Positions 62,043 to 64,000 of a stretch of DNA of 64,000 bases are shown here, piece after piece; position 1 is the first letter of the stretch, and each line of letters starts with the position of its first letter. The DNA is taken from positions 370-64,369 of the forward strand of contig JAVBTX010000023.1 in the NCBI GenBank assembly GCA_031555935.1, written 5' to 3'. Position numbers and translations under genes: made by a program. This DNA comes from Lachnospiraceae bacterium (lineage in GTDB: Bacteria; Bacillota; Clostridia; Lachnospirales; Lachnospiraceae). The notes under the pieces are model-generated. The model was not told the DNA's origin and did not search any database. It saw only the letters and a list, made by a program, of their open reading frames with translations.

Positions 62043-64000
62043 ATGATTCATCAAATTGGCCAATACGAATTTTTAGAACCGATCTACAGCTCATCTAATA
62101 GCATTTTATATGTGGCCACTGACACGATCACAGGGAATCAAGTCGTTTTAAAGACAATCAATACAAATCTATTTAACGATAGCCAGAAGTTGGCGCGGCT
62201 CAAGAACGAGATGCAGCTTTTACCAAAAATTGAAAGTGATTTCGTTACTAAGTCAATTGAAAGTTTAACCTTCGAAGGTGACTTTTTTTTAGTTATGGAG
62301 TACTGCGAAGGCGAACCGCTATATAAATATATGAACTTTCACAGGTTTTCGGTGGATCAGTTTCTGTCTATCGCTGTTCAAATCGTGACTGGGCTCTTTG
62401 ATATTCACAGTAAGGGCATTATCCACAAGGATATCAACCCATCGAACATTATATTTAACCCGGAAACTGAATCCATTAAAATTATAGATCTGGGCATTTC
62501 ATCTGAATTTTCATATGAAAACCCCAATGAAGTTTCACTCAACGTTGGTACGCTTAAATATATATCTCCTGAACAAACACAGCGGATGAGTCGGCCCGTT
62601 GATTTCCGCACGGATTTCTACTCTTTAGGAGTCATGTTTTATGAGATGCTGTGCAATCGGCTGCCATTTATGTCTGCCAGCCCCACCGAACTTATTTATG
62701 CCCATATTGCAAAGATTCCGCCATCTGTGTCGGAGATTAATCCAGAGATTCCTGATATGCTATCGCGGATTGTTGCCAAACTGATGGAAAAGATGCCGGA
62801 ACACCGGTATGCGAGTGCGGCTGGCATCCTTGCCGATTTAAAGCGGTGCATCGACAGTATCGAGATGCACGGCAAAATTGATGCGTTTGTACTTGGCCAG
62901 GATGATTATACCGAGCGGTTCGAAATTTCCAAAAATATATATGGACGTGAGGAAGAACTTGCCCGGCTGCTTGCCATCTATGACGAGTTCCTTGAATCTG
63001 GTCAATGCTTTGTGACCATCGGAGGATATTCTGGCACCGGAAAAACCTTACTGATTCATCAATTGCAAAAGAGCATTGCCCAAACTGGTGGTATCTTTAT
63101 TAGTGGTAAATTTGACCAATATCAGAGGAACGTTCCCTATTATGGTTTTTTTAAGGCCATTGATCAGTTTTGTGATATTGTTTTCTCCGAATCAGAGCAG
63201 ACGCTATGTCAGTGGAAAATCAAGCTTAACGATGCTCTGTCCCAGGACGGCCGGCTATTGACCGACAAAATCCCCAAGCTAGAACAACTGGTTGGGGAAC
63301 AGCCAGAACTGCCCGAGTTTCAGATGCTCGAAGAACAGACTCGTTTTAAAAATGTATTGCTGCGGTTGCTACAAGCGATTGCTTCTCCCACCCAGCCACT
63401 TATTATTTTCATTGATGATATTCACTTGGCAGACATGGGTTCGCTTGAGTTGTTTGAAGAAATTATGCAGAGCGATACGCTAAAGGGTCTGCTAATTTTG
63501 GCATGTTATCGGAACAATGAAGTAGATGAGGCACATCAACTCATCCGCTCCCTGCAAAGGATTGAGCAGCGCGGCGGTTGCCTGCGGCATATCGAACTCA
63601 AAGGACTAAAGTTAGAGGCGATTAGTCAGATGCTGGCGGATTCGCTGCGCTGTAAGGTGTCCGAAACCAGTGATTTGGCAGTGGCTGCGTATGATAAGAC
63701 TTATGGAAATCCGTTTTACCTCATTGAGTTTTTGAAACATTGCTATGCCTCACAGCATATTCGCTTCTCACAACCTCAGCGCCGGTTTGTCTGGCAGCTT
63801 GAGAATATTAAGAAGCTTCCTTATAATGATAATGTTGTTGAATTTCTCATCGAAAACATGTCATCTATACCGTCCGATACGATTCGTCTGCTTTCTTATG
63901 GCGCTAGTATTGGCCAGAGTTTTGATGTTACCACGCTGTCATATCTGTCCGGTCAAGATGAGCAAAAGATTATCGAGCAATTTAAGCCGATTGTTTCGGC
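62043..64000 (+). CDS. Ser/Thr kinase-AAA ATPase multidomain signalling protein, partial (runs off the window; not in the ORF track)
   Basis: RBS AGGAGG; VVLK, IIHKDINPSNI, IDLG, YISPEQT, DFYSLG; Walker A GYSGTGKT, FIDDIH, GNPFY. Confidence 0.92.
   Translation, partial: MIHQIGQYEFLEPIYSSSNSILYVATDTITGNQVVLKTINTNLFNDSQKLARLKNEMQLLPKIESDFVTKSIESLTFEGDFFLVMEYCEGEPLYKYMNFHRFSVDQFLSIAVQIVTGLFDIHSKGIIHKDINPSNIIFNPETESIKIIDLGISSEFSYENPNEVSLNVGTLKYISPEQTQRMSRPVDFRTDFYSLGVMFYEMLCNRLPFMSASPTELIYAHIAKIPPSVSEINPEIPDMLSRIVAKLMEKMPEHRYASAAGILADLKRCIDSIEMHGKIDAFVLGQDDYTERFEISKNIYGREEELARLLAIYDEFLESGQCFVTIGGYSGTGKTLLIHQLQKSIAQTGGIFISGKFDQYQRNVPYYGFFKAIDQFCDIVFSESEQTLCQWKIKLNDALSQDGRLLTDKIPKLEQLVGEQPELPEFQMLEEQTRFKNVLLRLLQAIASPTQPLIIFIDDIHLADMGSLELFEEIMQSDTLKGLLILACYRNNEVDEAHQLIRSLQRIEQRGGCLRHIELKGLKLEAISQMLADSLRCKVSETSDLAVAAYDKTYGNPFYLIEFLKHCYASQHIRFSQPQRRFVWQLENIKKLPYNDNVVEFLIENMSSIPSDTIRLLSYGASIGQSFDVTTLSYLSGQDEQKIIEQFKPIVS

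Overview
Mostly core chromosome of a low-GC, spore-forming Firmicute. Gene content and order suggest Lachnospiraceae/Clostridia; this is an inference. Core genes include glgB, an aconitase-family hydratase, a two-component system, a complete F1Fo ATP synthase operon whose c-subunit has a Na+-type motif, upp, sua5, galM, cwlD, mecA, dnaB-rplI-gdpP, rpsF-ssb-rpsR, tRNA-fMet and cysK. There are two accessory regions. The first (1-6.6 kb) holds small cassette-like genes and a broken tyrosine integrase. It also holds the most interesting item: an operon (flavin-binding PNPOx gene -> FMN riboswitch with terminator -> PNPOx/2x[4Fe-4S] protein -> Zn-macrodomain -> class M sirtuin SirTM) divergent from an HxlR regulator. 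This ADP-ribosylation writer/eraser pair appears to be under FMN riboswitch control, lacks its known GcvH-L/LplA2 partners in the window, and is bracketed by a 15/17-nt direct repeat. The second (51.8-56.7 kb) lies between rpsR and gdpP. It carries a DUF4258/YgiT TA pair, a toxin-like gene remnant with two tandem paralogous partner genes, a TetR/FAD-oxidoreductase unit and a gene with a sigma28-type promoter and structured leader. Several apparent pseudo-enzymes are present: a PurM-like protein, a YwlE-like phosphatase with Cys->Ala, and Lys-less P-loops. Two genes are missing from the ORF track: a 56-aa ferredoxin and a kinase-AAA ORF that runs off the right end. No CRISPR array or rRNA was seen. 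All family assignments come from motif recognition by eye; no database searches were run.
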